A DNA stretch of 64,000 nucleotides, from the NCBI GenBank assembly GCA_002633005.1, contig NMRA01000228.1, positions 484,120-548,119 on the forward strand, in the 5' to 3' direction. Below, piece by piece: positions 61,867-64,000 of the stretch. A model generated the notes under the pieces. It did not search any database. It saw nothing but the letters and a program-made list of their open reading frames with translations, and was not told where the DNA came from. How positions within the stretch are numbered: the stretch's first letter is position 1; each line of letters begins with the position of its first letter. The stretch comes from Phoronis australis (taxonomy: Eukaryota; Animalia; Phoronida). Position numbers and translations under genes: made by a program.

Positions 61867-63581
61867 TTTTTATGTGCTCACTTATTTATATGTGGTCGCA
61901 TATTGCCGTCATCCCTGTCTGGGCGTCCGTCGTCCGGCATCCATAGTTGTATCTCCTAAACCCCTCGCAGGATCTTGATGAGATATGTCAGATATGTTCC
62001 TATCAAGCTGACGACGGATGACAACGAATTTCGTACCTCTCCGACTACTGATGTGCCCCCTATTGGCAATTTCAGTTTTTTAAGCTTCGGGTGTCCTTGA
62101 CGGATTTTCATAAAATTTGGCAGTTAGACATTTATTAGTGAGATGATGCCATCCTCTCGTTTTTGGATGGATTTGAGCTACTTGGCGCCACTTAGTGGCC
62201 ATTTTTTATTGTTTTCTAGTCATCCACCCTTTTATCATCCAAACTGCTCTAGGGATGATTTTGAAAATTTGCATTTAAAATCAGTTCTTACTGTGAAGAC
62301 GGTGGCTGATGATGATTTTCCGCCGACTTCGACTACTGTGGCGCCTCCTAGTGGCAGTTTTGTTTTTTGCGCCCATGACTGTATCTCCTAAACTGCTGGA
62401 TCTTTACTAAATGTAGCAAGTATATTTATATGATGTTGACAATGGACGATGACGACTTTCGCACAGATCGGACTTCTTGTGTGTACCCTAGTGACAATTT
62501 AATTTTTTACATTTACCGTATCTTCAAAGGTCCTCAACATGAAATTTGGCATATAGGCATCTATTAGTGAGGTGACGATATTCTCCCGTTTTCAGATGGA
62601 TTCGAAGTAATTTGCACCACCTAGTGGCCATTTTTACTGTTTTCGAGTCTGTTTTTGCCATACACCCCTCTATCAACCAAACCACTCTAAGGATGATTGT
62701 GAAAATTTGCATGTATGCTCTTACTGTGAAGAAGATGGCTGACGATGATTTTCCTACTACTTCGAGTACTGTGGCGCCTCCTAGTGGCAGTTTTTTTTTT
62801 GCCCATGACTATATATCTCCTAAACTGTTTGCAGGATCTTTACTAAATGTAGCAAGTATTTTTATATGATGGTGACGACTTTCGCATGTATCTGACTTCC
62901 AGTGTGCCTCCTAGTGGCAATTTTAAATTTTTTTTACGTTTACCTCTGTATATTTAAAGGTCCCCAACGGAGTTTCACAAAATTTGGAATATAGGCATCT
63001 GTTGGTGAGATGACGCTATTCTCCTGTTTTTGGATTGATGGGAAGTATTTTGCATCACCTAGTGTCCATTTTTACTGTTTTCAAATCTGTTTTTTGGCGT
63101 ACACCCCTCTATCAACAAACCATTCTAAGGATGATTTTGAAAATCTGTATATATGTTCTCAGTGTGAAGAGGACGGTTGACAATGATGACTTAGACTACT
63201 GTGGCTCCTCCTAGTGGTAATTTTGTGTTGTTTTGTGCCCATAGCTGTAAACTCACTGCAGAATCTTTATTAAATATTAATAGTAAGTGTATTTATATGC
63301 AACTTACAATAGACGACTTTCAGGCAGACGCTGTGCTCCCTAGTGGCAATTTCATTTTTTCCGTTTTCCTTTGTATCTCTGACAATGATTGACAGATTTT
63401 TATGAAATTTTGGTAAATTAGAGCTTTCTATTAACGAAGCGATGGAATGTTCCGTTTTCAGATGGATTGAATGTTTTGCACCATCTAGTGGTCATATTTA
63501 TGATACAAATGAACAACTCTAGAAACCAACCATTTGCGGTGCATTCGTGGACGCATTTCAACGCTCCACGTTGCTCTTGTT
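61867..63581 (+). mobile_element. HINE family 1 full-length copy, opposite in orientation to all other copies, in gene B intron
   Basis: Starts TTTTTATGTGCTCAC plus hairpin and ends GGACGCATTTCAACGCTCCACGTTGCTCTTGTT. The internal array reads GCC(T/A/C)CCTAGTGG. Confidence 0.87.
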
Positions 63582-64000
63582 ATATATTACATGATACTAG
63601 TAAACATCGCTTTTATCAGGGCTTCATTTGGTGACTTGTAGGTTAATTGCCTGAATGCAATCTCAGATTTTGGATGACTACCTGGTAAAAATCCCAGGTC
63701 ATCTCAAAGTTGCCACACATACACCCAAGTATGCTCTCAAAATACTACAAGAAGTAAACTGATGGATGTAAGAACCGTTGGCAAAAATGGAATGTCCCAA
63801 GTATGAGTCGTGCATCGGTAACATGTGCCGACCTTCTATTTGCTCTTTCGGAAGATACTGTAGTCTGCGCGATATATTTTGGGTCCGACAGGTGGGTATT
63901 GGTTGTTGTGGAATGCGCGGGACACTTCCGTTCAACTTAAGTTAGGTACAGGTGATCTCGTAGCAAAAAGCTCCCCGGTTTTTCTCTTAAGGTACGCTTT

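Overview
Eukaryotic (animal) genomic DNA from a draft assembly. It is AT-rich and repeat-rich with four N-gaps, and the style suggests a marine invertebrate bilaterian (inference). The window is a 14-3-3 locus. Gene A is a non-epsilon, zeta-like 14-3-3 on the minus strand, spanning about 2.6-55.2 kb. It has one exon 1 (54887-55189) and one exon 2 (44345-44486), but two complete, intact sets of exons 3-4-5. The proximal set is divergent (29722-29885, 28416-28520, 25592-25651; 257-aa product) and the distal set is canonical (13335-13498, 8435-8530, 2571-2621; 251-aa product). A second, divergent 14-3-3 paralog (gene B) starts head-to-head on the plus strand (coding exon to 60081), and its later exons are not in the window. 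Introns are filled with nested transposons: Helentron-type non-autonomous elements (HINE/DINE-1-like) whose internal tandem arrays are built from CTCF-like motifs, TA-TSD Tc1/pogo-like MITEs, hAT-like MITEs, two non-LTR retrotransposon fragments, and a ~3.7-kb inverted-repeat structure between the two 3' cassettes. Most ORFs in the supplied track are spurious.
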